64,000 nucleotides of DNA from Faecousia sp. (GCA_045653785.1 JAZOMH010000028.1:1736-65735); one strand, 5' to 3'. Positions 10,152 through 20,103 are shown, numbered from the stretch's first letter. Program-made: numbers and translations. The notes: generated by a model from the letters alone, not told the origin.

Positions 10152-10988
10152 TTACATTTTTTCAAAACCCACCAGCAAACCGCCCTTTTCCGCATAGTAG
10201 CTGCAAAGGCCCCTGCACTGGGAAATTTCCACATCCGTTTCAGGCATTTGTCTGCTTATCCTCTCTTTTAATCGCAATGCAGCTGCTTTGTTGCAGCAAT
10301 GGTTGATCCGCACCTTTCCATGGGACAGACCCATGTCGGCCAAACGACACATCAGTTTCTCCAAAGATTTTTCCTCTCCCCGGCACTTATCCATAGGCTC
10401 CAAAGTGCCCTGGTCACTGGCCTTGCCAACGATACGTATTCCCAAAAGTCCCGCAATCTTTGCAACTGCCGGAGACACTCTGCCGTTGGCGGCAAAATTC
10501 TTCAAGGATTCCAGCATGAACAGCAATCCGGTTTTTTGTGTATAGTCACTGATCTGCTGACAAATCTGCTCATAGGAAAGCCCCTGCAGGATCATTTCCT
10601 CCAGTTTTTCGATAATCAGCTGCAACTCCGGACCGGCAGAGAGAGAATCAATCACATATACCCGCCTCCCCGGATGCTCTGTCTCGTACATCTGCTTTGC
10701 AATATTTGCCGCATTGCAGCTTCCGGACAGGCCGCTGGTAATGGTAACGCAGAACACATCCTCCGCGTCCCCAAAGGCTTCCAGCCAATCAGACGGATTG
10801 GGGCAGGAGGTTTTAGATCTATCCTTATAGGTGTCGAAATAAGCTACCATCTGCGCAACATCCAGTTGGGCATCGTCCACAAACTCCTTGTCTGCGGTAA
10901 TGATCTTTAAGGGTGCAGCCCCAAAGCACACCTGCTCCAATTCCAAAACATTGGCGGAAGAATCCGCTACGATCTTAATCTTTCCCAT
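10152..10988 (-). CDS. DegV family fatty-acid-binding protein
   Basis: IVADSS, KTSCP, ITSGLSGS, IDSLS, NGRV. Confidence 0.9.
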   Translation of the reverse strand: MGKIKIVADSSANVLELEQVCFGAAPLKIITADKEFVDDAQLDVAQMVAYFDTYKDRSKTSCPNPSDWLEAFGDAEDVFCVTITSGLSGSCNAANIAKQMYETEHPGRRVYVIDSLSAGPELQLIIEKLEEMILQGLSYEQICQQISDYTQKTGLLFMLESLKNFAANGRVSPAVAKIAGLLGIRIVGKASDQGTLEPMDKCRGEEKSLEKLMCRLADMGLSHGKVRINHCCNKAAALRLKERISRQMPETDVEISQCRGLCSYYAEKGGLLVGFEKM

Positions 10989-11559
10989 ACAGAACCATCC
11001 TTTCTCATTACCCATTCACCATACCATCTGCAGTTCTGTATGTCCACCTACCGGGCAGATAGCCACTCTCCCTTGGGTAGAAATAAGGTTTTTGACCACT
11101 CTACCGGCATGAGAATCCTAATTGCAGACACAATCAAGTAAAGGACTCTTTCCTGCGGTTCCTCCCAATCAGCATATAAATAACAGAATACCCGGTTTGG
11201 CTGTTCGAATCTTATCTTCTGCTTTAATCCGTTTCCTTTTGGACATGGAAATACCCCCATAAAAGACAGTTTTTCTTTTTAGCTTGTGAAAAAATATGTT
11301 TTCGTAAAATACAGTAACACCCTCAAAAAGAACCTGCTGAAACCATGTGGCAGGTTCTGCAAATGTGGAATCGTTTTACAGACGATTGTTTCCAACCGCG
11401 ATAACTGATAGCATCTATTAGGTAAAAAAGAAAACGCGCTTTTCTCTCCGGCTTCGTGTTCTCGCAACCTATTGACGTGTCTACAGATTTTTCATTCTAT
11501 GTGTCACAACCTGTTGCTTTTAACAAATATGCTTCCATGCTGTTGCATAGGCATAGTTT

Positions 11560-14088
11560 CTACTCCTTTGTCTTGCGGACACCCAGATACTCCAAAACAT
11601 CCTTATGTGGCAGCAGTGGCGTGTACATCTGCATATAAGCCCGTCCTACCGCACCGGAAAACAGGATCAGCTCTGCCCGGTTTGCCTTATCTCCGGAGTT
11701 GGTGTACTGCGCCTGAGAAATGCCCGGATACACCTCAAGATAGAATATCTTTCGGATCTTATGGTTTTTTGCATTTTTCGAGCACATCTCACAGGGACTG
11801 GAAGTCGTGAACAGATAGCCGCCCTGCGCCTCCCGTCCGCAAAGCGCCAACGCCTTCTCTTCTGCATGCATTGCCCGGGATCGCATCGGATCCTTTGTAT
11901 CTTTATGAATATTCTTGAAGCAGTAGCTAAAGGGCAGTCCCCGTAAAGCTGCGGTTGGAACCTCATATTGCTTAAGCCGATCTCGGAAATCCGTATTGTG
12001 AAGTTCATACTCACTGTAGGCATCCCGGTCCGCACTTGCAGCAATATCATTCAGATTCTTATACGCACAGGGAACCTCTCCACAAGGAACATCGTTCCAG
12101 CCTATGGCAAGAATATTATACTGTGAATCTGTAACCACCGCACCTACCTGCCGGGACAGACAGCCAGAGTTCACCTTCGCACTGAAAGCGATCTGCATGC
12201 ACCGCTCCACCGGTGTAGGCCGCACGAGACAGGGGTACATGACAAGGGACACATACCGAACCACCGACTCCAGCAGTTTTCGATTGTTCTCCGTATCTGT
12301 AACACCGTTGGCGTTATTGAACAAGTACACATCTGCATTACTGATGCAACCATCGATATCCTGGGTATAAAAGGCACAGGTATTATTCTGGAAGAACTCA
12401 CGCCGGATCTTATTGAATTTCTCATACTCCCTGTAATACTTGTTTCGATCCCGTGTGTTTTGGCTTTCTGGCTGCGATAACGGTTTGTTTGACAGATTGT
12501 CCAGGTAAAAATCCACCTCTGCCGGTTTCATTTTCTCCATAAGACGCTTTCGGACACTGTCCCACTGTGTTCCGTCTTCCAAATTTAGTTCACCTTTCTT
12601 CAGCACCTCATCAACTGCCGCAATCACTTCGCCGCCCTTGTTCGGGTATTCGTTCCAGTCCATCATTCGCACTTGAATATCCGTCAAATGCTTGGCGCGA
12701 AGTCTTTGCTCCCGAATTTCCGGATCTGTCGTTATTGCCCACAGGTAAAATGCCGAGTAACGGTACCGTAGGTATACTGCCTCAAATATATTTTTAATGG
12801 AATCTACTGCAACACGGACCGGTCGGTGCTCTTTAATGTGGAACGGATGCCGAAGCACTTTGATATACTGATTGATTTTCCTTGGAATCGCAAAGATATC
12901 GTCCTTTTTATCCTCTTCACCCTCTTTTCCTCCATTACCTTCCGGTTCGCTCGTCTCGGGAGATTTCCCCTCATAGGGAGGAATACTACCATAATACCGG
13001 ATCATTTGTCCATATCTCTGGAAAAGGCGGGCATAGGCATCATCCCCGAGACACTTGGTAACATAACTGCGAATACTCTTTCCAAACCAGGTAGTCAAAT
13101 ATTTTACATATACAAATTTCTGGATCTGCAGTGCTTGCGTACTTTCGCCTGCGTTGGACTCCACCTGTCGATCGAGCTCCCTGAGACGCTGCCATAATGC
13201 ACCTGCCGCTTTCTTCTCCTTTTGCAACAATAGGCTCAGCATCTCTACCAGGCAGTGGAAGGAAAACAGCTCCAGCAGCTTATCAATATGCTCCAAATAC
13301 TTACGACGCGGGATACTCTCTTTTCTCTGCGGCACGTTGCGATATAAATAGCTCATGTTTTCGCCGATTTGTTCCCACTGGCTTGCCTCGCCATTCTCCC
13401 GCTGCAATGCCGTAAGAAAAGATTCGCTGCCTTTACTTTTAAAGAAGTTCTCCACCTTTTTGTCTGATTGCACCAATCTTTTCAGTTTTCTCCCCAGACC
13501 GACAATTTCATCCCTCAACCGGGTCTGGTATACCTCATCCACTAGACGGTGTACGAAAAAATCCGGGAAAATTTCCACATATGGCGCAAGCTCATGTTCT
13601 TCCTCAGCTTTTTTTCTCTCCTCCGGGTCTGTAAACTCTCTGATATAGAAGTCCTCATTTTTATCCAAAAGTTTACAGTTCTGACCCAGCTGTACAAGCT
13701 GCTGATAAAAGCCTTCCATACATGACCTTCGAAATTTCTGGCGTAGCTCCTGGTGTGCGCTGTCATCCCCACCTCTGCTCAGATCATAGATAAACCGCCT
13801 GTCATCCTCCAGAACAAATGTGGCAATAAGCGCACCGACCTGGATCACATCAAACTTCAGCCAGTGTGCATCCGCATACTCCGCAATAATACGAATTGCT
13901 CGTTCCTCCTCTGTAAGGCTTTTCAAGCCCGGTTGCGGAACAGGGTGGGGAAACTTCAGTTCGTCAAAGGGTGTTGCCAGTAATTGCGCCACCTTTGAAC
14001 AGCCGGATCCCATGCGTCCGGTCAAACCAATCACCAGGAATTCCTCTCTTTGCGTTAGAATATCATGTATTGTTCGGTTGTTGCCCAT
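11560..14088 (-). CDS. AvcD-like anti-phage dCTP/dCMP deaminase (P-loop kinase + Zn deaminase), extended to 842 aa
   Basis: VIGLTGRMGSGCS P-loop, VDSIKN..E, SGCLSRQVGAVV, GWNDVP, HAEE and SPCEMC zinc motifs. Confidence 0.88.
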   Translation of the reverse strand: MGNNRTIHDILTQREEFLVIGLTGRMGSGCSKVAQLLATPFDELKFPHPVPQPGLKSLTEEERAIRIIAEYADAHWLKFDVIQVGALIATFVLEDDRRFIYDLSRGGDDSAHQELRQKFRRSCMEGFYQQLVQLGQNCKLLDKNEDFYIREFTDPEERKKAEEEHELAPYVEIFPDFFVHRLVDEVYQTRLRDEIVGLGRKLKRLVQSDKKVENFFKSKGSESFLTALQRENGEASQWEQIGENMSYLYRNVPQRKESIPRRKYLEHIDKLLELFSFHCLVEMLSLLLQKEKKAAGALWQRLRELDRQVESNAGESTQALQIQKFVYVKYLTTWFGKSIRSYVTKCLGDDAYARLFQRYGQMIRYYGSIPPYEGKSPETSEPEGNGGKEGEEDKKDDIFAIPRKINQYIKVLRHPFHIKEHRPVRVAVDSIKNIFEAVYLRYRYSAFYLWAITTDPEIREQRLRAKHLTDIQVRMMDWNEYPNKGGEVIAAVDEVLKKGELNLEDGTQWDSVRKRLMEKMKPAEVDFYLDNLSNKPLSQPESQNTRDRNKYYREYEKFNKIRREFFQNNTCAFYTQDIDGCISNADVYLFNNANGVTDTENNRKLLESVVRYVSLVMYPCLVRPTPVERCMQIAFSAKVNSGCLSRQVGAVVTDSQYNILAIGWNDVPCGEVPCAYKNLNDIAASADRDAYSEYELHNTDFRDRLKQYEVPTAALRGLPFSYCFKNIHKDTKDPMRSRAMHAEEKALALCGREAQGGYLFTTSSPCEMCSKNAKNHKIRKIFYLEVYPGISQAQYTNSGDKANRAELILFSGAVGRAYMQMYTPLLPHKDVLEYLGVRKTKE

Positions 14089-14103
14089 TTTTTCGTTCCT
14101 CCA

Positions 14104-15132
14104 CTAAAAACTTAATACAATCGTCAGGATACACTGCAAAGCTGCCACGATCAGCGCGCTTATAAATGCCGCCTCCGTGCTGGGATCTGCACCCATAAGC
14201 CGATAGATCAAATACGCCAATATACTGACAGATCCCGCAATCAGCAGGCGTCTTGTCCATTTCCACATCTCGGACATCTTTCTGCGCCAAGTCTTTCCGC
14301 GTATCTTCTGCGCGTAAATTTCCTGTTCCAGTTCTCCTATCTTATTCGCCCAATCGTCCGGAGAAATGTTCTTCATATTTCTCAGGCGATCGATAAGTCT
14401 GACTGTCAGATTGTAATCCTTTGCATGGAAGAAGCGGTAGATAGCCTTTCTGAGGAATGTCCACCGGTTTTTCGATTCCGCCACATCATACAGATACTTT
14501 TCCAAAAGATCTACCCTTGCAGGCAAATGCGTGCTGATGGTCTTTTCCGGATCCACCGGCGTATGCAGATATTGCAGTGTTACTGTTGCCAGGGGGATGC
14601 TCTCTGCCGTTTCATCCCGCAGCATTAATTTGATTGGCTCTGAAGACGGATTGGAAATCGCAATCAGAAGAGCACCTTTCCACAGGGGGTCTATCGTAGT
14701 TGAAATATGTCCCAACCCCGAAGATACTGTAGAAACACGGGAGTACACATTTCCGCTTATGTTCGCCGGCATTTTAAGATACTCCTTGCTGAGTACCAGC
14801 GCCGTATCTCTTGGCTCGATATATACATACTGCTGCTCGGGACAGAACATGGGGGCTTGCCCACTTTTACGGCAACCTGCACAATGCCATTCCGGATTTC
14901 GATGCCCCTTTGCGCACCGACTGACATTGGAGTATATCCGCATAAAGTTGCCTGTTTTTACTGACATTATCAGGCAACTGGGAGAAATATCAAAAGATGC
15001 GGCTTTAATATTTGGATTTGCCTCAACTGGATTCGTAGCAGGCGCGATAATCAAGTCTCCTGCCTTTATTTCCTTAATAATATCCTCCCTGCTCAGTTGG
15101 CCTACCTTTTCATTATTCTGAAACCATTTCAT
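14104..15132 (-). CDS. Trimeric Dcd/dUTPase-fold protein with C-terminal 2TM segment, Dcd catalytic residues substituted
   Basis: ASFDIS, IEPRDTALVLSKEYLKMP, SRVS..GL, IDPLWKG..N motifs; two terminal hydrophobic helices; GAAAAGGGGG RBS before ATG at 15132. Confidence 0.78.
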   Translation of the reverse strand: MKWFQNNEKVGQLSREDIIKEIKAGDLIIAPATNPVEANPNIKAASFDISPSCLIMSVKTGNFMRIYSNVSRCAKGHRNPEWHCAGCRKSGQAPMFCPEQQYVYIEPRDTALVLSKEYLKMPANISGNVYSRVSTVSSGLGHISTTIDPLWKGALLIAISNPSSEPIKLMLRDETAESIPLATVTLQYLHTPVDPEKTISTHLPARVDLLEKYLYDVAESKNRWTFLRKAIYRFFHAKDYNLTVRLIDRLRNMKNISPDDWANKIGELEQEIYAQKIRGKTWRRKMSEMWKWTRRLLIAGSVSILAYLIYRLMGADPSTEAAFISALIVAALQCILTIVLSF

Positions 15133-15235
15133 TACTTTGTCCCCCTTTTCCGGCACTCCGGGACAGGCATAAAACACTATCCCTTCTCAGGTGTATGTAC
15201 TCACTTGATATCCCGGCGACATTTTTTTACAAAAA

Positions 15236-15272
15236 ATATCCCCCCAGCCGGTTAATTCCGGCTGGGGGATGT
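15236..15272 (-). terminator. Intrinsic terminator after the ECF operon
   Basis: ATCCCCCAGCCGG-TTAATT-CCGGCTGGGGGAT with T-tract on minus strand. Confidence 0.7.
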
Positions 15273-15290
15273 ATATATTTGGTTTTGTGT

Positions 15291-15749
15291 TTAGATGGCT
15301 TTTTTGGCCACTGTCCAGAAGTAGCGGTTGTCGCCAATTGTGAGTCCGCCGCCCCAGATGCAGACATACGCCTTGTAGTATCTGCCGGCTACGCCCTGGT
15401 AGTCCACATGCCCGCTGTGGTAGAACTTATTATAGCCCATCATATCGGGATTATACTTGTGATTGAAGGCCGTTACCCAGTTCCAGTTCACATTGTCAGT
15501 GGATTCATAGATCTGGATGGTCAGGGCACCAAGGGCTTCCAGCGTGCCTGTTCCGGTAACCGTAAACCAGGTCTGAACCAGGCCATTGCCGGCGGGATAA
15601 ATATAGGCGTTATAGGAGTTTAAGTAATCGCTGGCACGGGGCTGTACCGTTTCCACTGTCGCGGCAGCAGCCGCCACCGGCAGGGTCAGTGACAGGATCA
15701 GCATTACCGCCATCAGGCGGAAAAGGGGTGTTTTTCTATATTTAGACAT
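15291..15749 (-). CDS. Small secreted protein (signal peptide)
   Basis: Basic N-terminus, hydrophobic core, AAA cleavage site; last gene of sigma/anti-sigma operon. Confidence 0.7.
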   Translation of the reverse strand: MSKYRKTPLFRLMAVMLILSLTLPVAAAAATVETVQPRASDYLNSYNAYIYPAGNGLVQTWFTVTGTGTLEALGALTIQIYESTDNVNWNWVTAFNHKYNPDMMGYNKFYHSGHVDYQGVAGRYYKAYVCIWGGGLTIGDNRYFWTVAKKAI

Positions 15750-15756
15750 TACGCTT

Positions 15757-16611
15757 CTATCCTTTCCCAATGGAGTTGATCATAGTTTTTATTTCATCTA
15801 CTGTCATTCCACCGGAAATATAACACTCATAAGAACCGTCTATCCACACAGTTCGCAACTGAAAATTGTTTGTAAAAATATAATACTCTCTGCCGTCTCT
15901 TACATAGATCTCTTTCAGATCTTCGTCGATTTCAACCTTCTCCGGTTCTCCTCCCAAATGAGAACGCACAGTAATAATTAAGTCTATATTATCTTTCTTG
16001 TAGTACGCCGCATAGATATTCTGCATCGGCGTTTCATCTACTACGATTTCCTGCAATATATACCCATCTGGAATCTGTGTTGGAATAAAATCGGTCTTAT
16101 AACCACTTGCGGATAGTGCCTCCTGCAGGGATGTGTACTGCTGTGTTTGTTCCGGGGCAGGTTCTGTAGGATCTTCATAACCGCTGCCCACAAAGGAGAA
16201 TGTCTCCTTTGCCCATTTGGCTACGGCGTCCCACATTTCTCCCCAACTAAATGCCTTGGCGGTTGCGGACAAGCCCACCACCAATGCCACCACAGCGGCG
16301 ACAGTCGCCAGACGGCGCAGCCAGGGCTGCCTGGGTTTTGCAGGTTTCGTTTGCGGCGTATAGAATATAGGTTCCTCCTGGGGGCGATAGTATTGATTGA
16401 ACTCCTCCCAGGCTTGTTGTGCTGTTTTTCCGGCGCTGTGTGTTTTATTTCTTTCCGACAGCACCTCCATTATATACAGTATTTTATCTGTATCCGTTTC
16501 CGTCCCCTCGGGAGCTTCGGAATCCAACCGCAGAATTTCCTCTAATTTCTCCGTTTCCATGGAATCGTATTTTGAAAAATCCCGGTTTCCGCGGTTCAGA
16601 ATATCGGACAT
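15757..16611 (-). CDS. Putative membrane anti-sigma factor (DUF4367-like C-terminus)
   Basis: Single TM helix, PTQIPDGY motif, downstream of ECF sigma. Confidence 0.7.
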   Translation of the reverse strand: MSDILNRGNRDFSKYDSMETEKLEEILRLDSEAPEGTETDTDKILYIMEVLSERNKTHSAGKTAQQAWEEFNQYYRPQEEPIFYTPQTKPAKPRQPWLRRLATVAAVVALVVGLSATAKAFSWGEMWDAVAKWAKETFSFVGSGYEDPTEPAPEQTQQYTSLQEALSASGYKTDFIPTQIPDGYILQEIVVDETPMQNIYAAYYKKDNIDLIITVRSHLGGEPEKVEIDEDLKEIYVRDGREYYIFTNNFQLRTVWIDGSYECYISGGMTVDEIKTMINSIGKG

Positions 16612-16662
16612 TCGGGTTCCTCCTTTCGCTTGTGTATGTATCAGAACTGTCCTTCGGGGACA

Positions 16663-17148
16663 TCATTTAACAATTTTTCTTTGCAGTTTATATCTCGCCC
16701 GCTGGACCCGTTTCCTGCAGGCCGCCAAACTGATCCCCCTGGCAGCCGCCATTTCCTCACAACTTTTCCCTTCCACCGCAAGCTCATAAAGCAGTTGAAA
16801 CTCTTCGGTTTTTACCAGATTGCCATAGAGGGTATCCAGCTCTACCATATCTTTGGACATGGCCTGCTCCTTGTACTGGGCCATCATATATTGGCCCATA
16901 ATTCTTTTTGCAATCGCCTGGTTCTTTCTGACATTGCGGATGGTATTTTTAAGCGTGAGCACCAACCACCCCTGGGGATTCGGACATTGGCACAGTGCCT
17001 CCGGCTTCTGGCAGGCAATGCGGAATGTCTCCTGCACCGCTTCCTCTGCCATGGTCTCACTTTGCAGGCTGCTTTTGGCATAGGTCTTCAGCTTATCAAA
17101 CATCTCAAAGTACAGTTCTTCGATCTGCATGCTTTGTTCTGTGTCCAT
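16663..17148 (-). CDS. ECF RNA polymerase sigma factor
   Basis: AEEAVQETF..GWL region 2; EEMAAARGISLAACRKRVQRAR region 4. Confidence 0.85.
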   Translation of the reverse strand: MDTEQSMQIEELYFEMFDKLKTYAKSSLQSETMAEEAVQETFRIACQKPEALCQCPNPQGWLVLTLKNTIRNVRKNQAIAKRIMGQYMMAQYKEQAMSKDMVELDTLYGNLVKTEEFQLLYELAVEGKSCEEMAAARGISLAACRKRVQRARYKLQRKIVK

Positions 17149-17291
17149 GCCTAAACTTAACCTCTCTTTCGTGGGTTTTTCCTTTATTTTACCATTAAAA
17201 TCTTATTTTTCAAGTTTTTTCTACATTATTCACAAAACATTGTCCCGTAATAACAGTAAGAATACATATTGTCTTGGAAGGAGATGTTATC

Positions 17292-17612
17292 ATGGATAAG
17301 GTCACATTGGGTCAACGACTGCGGGAGGTCAGATTAAAAAAGAGATATACACAGCAGCAACTGGCTGCAAAGGCAAGCATAGGAAATGTTTATCTGGGGG
17401 AGATTGAGCGTGGTCTGAAAATGCCGAGCCTGAACAGCTTTATACGAATTATCAAAGCTTTGGATATCCCTGCCGATTATATTCTGCGTGATGAATTACC
17501 CTCCGGCGGTGCCTACATATACGACGAAATAACTCAAAAGTTTCAAAATCTCACGCCCAAGCAGAGAAAGACTGCCACAGACATCCTGGACGCATATCTG
17601 CATAATCTGTAA
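17292..17612 (+). CDS. XRE-family HTH regulator
   Basis: LGQRLREVR..TQQQLA..YLGEIERG..PSL. Confidence 0.85.
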   Translation: MDKVTLGQRLREVRLKKRYTQQQLAAKASIGNVYLGEIERGLKMPSLNSFIRIIKALDIPADYILRDELPSGGAYIYDEITQKFQNLTPKQRKTATDILDAYLHNL

Positions 17613-17763
17613 AAAACCGCAAAAGGAGACACATTGTCTTTCCTTTTGCGGTTTTTCTTTTTGTGCGACTTTTTTCGACAAACTTTGCAATGAAGCGCCC
17701 TTATAATAAGCATATAGCGTTGTTTTAATGCTATATGCTTATTTCAGAAAGGAAGCTTTGTAT

Positions 17764-18366
17764 ATGAAAGTAGTACAAAAAATTACAGAACTGCTGACCG
17801 GCCCTGCCATTGTGGATTTCCTGACAAAGGAAATACTTGCTGACAACGAAGATTTTTGTGAGGACCTCAGCAATTATCAGTCAGCCATCACTAAGTTGCA
17901 AGCGGAATTGGGCAACAGTATAAAGCCAAATGTAGAGAATGTGGTTAACGCCGTCAACCAACGTACAGCATCCGTCCTGCTTTTCTCCGCATTTCTGGGA
18001 CTACAGATGAACCTTGCCCATTTCCGGAATCCTATGCTCCCTAACTGCACATGGCCATCTGTGGACAATGGTGATTATCTTCAAACAAACGCAATCCGCA
18101 CCCTGGCCGGGTACCGAGATGCCGAAACTGTTTTATCCAGCTTTAACAGTCTGCTGACACCACAGCAAAAAGAAATCTATGATGCAGTAGCAGAATATAT
18201 ATCTTTTTGGGACATATACGGCGCTAAATTATCGCACTATTGCGGCTATCTGCTGGGCAACGCACTTTTCCCCTATTTAATTCCCGGCTACTACCCGGAT
18301 TCTGTATTAACACTTCGATACGGCGCTATGCTGGAGAATTACTTTGGGGCCTCCCCTAATCTATAG
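17764..18366 (+). CDS. Hypothetical protein
   Basis: 200-aa ORF with AAAGGAAG RBS. Confidence 0.6.
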   Translation: MKVVQKITELLTGPAIVDFLTKEILADNEDFCEDLSNYQSAITKLQAELGNSIKPNVENVVNAVNQRTASVLLFSAFLGLQMNLAHFRNPMLPNCTWPSVDNGDYLQTNAIRTLAGYRDAETVLSSFNSLLTPQQKEIYDAVAEYISFWDIYGAKLSHYCGYLLGNALFPYLIPGYYPDSVLTLRYGAMLENYFGASPNL

Positions 18367-18434
18367 GCTGATTGCCCTACGTATGGTCTTACAATTTGCG
18401 CCGGTGTCCGCCGGTTTCCCTCCAAGCAGCATAT

Positions 18435-18470
18435 AAATAACGGGATACCCGGTTCGGGTATCCCGTTATT
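18435..18470. terminator. Terminator downstream of tRNA-Leu
   Basis: AAATAACGGGATACCCG..CGGGTATCCCGTTATT. Confidence 0.75.
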
Positions 18471-18557
18471 TGGTGCCGGTGACCGGACTCGAACCGGTAC
18501 GCTGTCGCCAGCGGTGGATTTTGAGTCCACTACGTCTACCAATTCCATCACACCGGC
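18471..18557 (-). tRNA. tRNA-Leu(CAA)
   Basis: GCCGGTGTGATGGAATTGGTAGAC..GACT-CAA-AATC, long variable arm, GGTTCGAGTCC..ACCA. Confidence 0.95.
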
Positions 18558-18660
18558 ACGTTCCTGCCTAGTATACACCAACTTTCCAAAAATAGCAAGA
18601 GAAAATTGCACTTCCCTGTGAAAGAGTTTTCTGCTATAATCATCCGGTGAGGTGTTGACC

Positions 18661-19257
18661 ATGGAAATACTGTTTTCCGATAAAGAAATCGTTGTTTGTA
18701 TCAAGCCCATATATCTGGATTCCGAGCATGATATGCCTGCCCTGCTTTCCGAACAACTTGGCGGTGCGTTTTTTCCCCTGCACCGACTGGATAAGAATGT
18801 GGGCGGCGTGATGGTCTATGCCCGGACAAAAAGCGCGGCAGCCCATTTCTCCAAGCTGATCCAGCAAGGGGAGCTTGTTAAAGAATATGTTGCCCAGGTC
18901 CACGGGAATGTTCCCGAAGCCGGCGACTGGGAGGACCTGCTTTTTAAGGACAGCCGAAAAAACAAGGTCTTTGTGGTCAAGCGGCAGCGCAGCGGGGTCA
19001 AGGCAGCGCGGCTCACCTTCACCCGGCTTTCCGGTGGTGAGACCTCCTTCGTGCGCATCCGTCTTTACACGGGCAGAAGCCACCAGATTCGGGTGCAGTT
19101 TTCCAGCCGGGGCTATCCCCTGGTAGGTGACCACAAATACGGCCCCCGGGATGCCGCCACCACACCCATGCTCTATTCCTGCTGTCTTACCTTCCCCTAC
19201 AAAGGTAAACAGCAGCAATTTTCCCGCCTTCCCCCATGGGCAACAGAAATTTGTTAA
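18661..19257 (+). CDS. RluA-family pseudouridine synthase
   Basis: HRLD, TGRSHQIRVQ, PLVGDHKYG. Confidence 0.9.
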   Translation: MEILFSDKEIVVCIKPIYLDSEHDMPALLSEQLGGAFFPLHRLDKNVGGVMVYARTKSAAAHFSKLIQQGELVKEYVAQVHGNVPEAGDWEDLLFKDSRKNKVFVVKRQRSGVKAARLTFTRLSGGETSFVRIRLYTGRSHQIRVQFSSRGYPLVGDHKYGPRDAATTPMLYSCCLTFPYKGKQQQFSRLPPWATEIC

Positions 19258-19495
19258 TATTACACAATTTCCCGGTTTCATTTTTTATACACTTCACATT
19301 TACTTAATACTTTCCCTCTTAAAATCTTCAGATTTTCCCTTTATAATTTAAGTATATGGTGTAATACCATGTTGCTTTTTCATTTTCTAACCTCTCTCTT
19401 TTCGTGGAAAGCCCGGTATCGTCTGGTCAACGGTGCCGGGCTTTTCTACGACAAAGCCGCCGGCGGAGCAACGCTCCAACCGGCGGTCATTTTTA

Positions 19496-20035
19496 TCAAT
19501 AATTCTCTGCGTTGACTTCGAAATAGCTCTGGGGATGTGCACAGGTGGGGCACAGCTCCGGTGCCTTTGTGCCAACGATCAAGTGGCCGCAATTACGGCA
19601 CTCCCAGATCTTGACCTCACTCTTCTCAAAGACCTGCATCGTTTCCACATTCTGCAGCAGCTTGCGGTAACGCTCCTCATGGTGCTTCTCAATGGCCGCT
19701 ACCAGACGGAACTTGGCCGCCAGTTCGGGGAAGCCTTCCTTTTCCGCAGTCTCAGCAAAGCCTGCGTACATATCCGTCCACTCGTAGTTCTCGCCTTCGG
19801 CAGCGTGGAGCAGATTCTGGGCAGTATCGCCAATGCCCTCCAGCTCCTTAAACCACAGCTTTGCGTGTTCCTTCTCATTGTCTGCGGTCTTCTGGAACAG
19901 AGCAGCGATCTGCTCGTAGCCCTCCTTCTTTGCCTTGGATGCAAAGTAGGTATACTTGTTTCTTGCCTCAGACTCGCCGGAGAAGGCTGCCTGCAGGTTT
20001 TTTTCGGTCTGGGTACCAGCATACTTATTTGCCAT
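19496..20035 (-). CDS. rbr: Rubrerythrin
   Basis: [39 protein letters not shown]. Confidence 0.92.
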   Translation of the reverse strand: MANKYAGTQTEKNLQAAFSGESEARNKYTYFASKAKKEGYEQIAALFQKTADNEKEHAKLWFKELEGIGDTAQNLLHAAEGENYEWTDMYAGFAETAEKEGFPELAAKFRLVAAIEKHHEERYRKLLQNVETMQVFEKSEVKIWECRNCGHLIVGTKAPELCPTCAHPQSYFEVNAENY

Positions 20036-20103
20036 AATCGGTTCCTCCTTGTTTTTGTTTGGATGAGCCAACTATAGCACACTTTTCAGCTTTTGAGAAG
20101 TAC

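Noticed and set aside
14104-15132. Ordinary housekeeping dCTP deaminase (dcd)
   Set aside because: Catalytic Ser/Arg/Glu positions appear substituted, and the protein carries a C-terminal 2TM extension
11016-18557. tRNA-Leu-integrated island carrying the deaminase operon
   Set aside because: No integrase and no duplicated tRNA 3' end found near 11 kb, so boundaries cannot be supported
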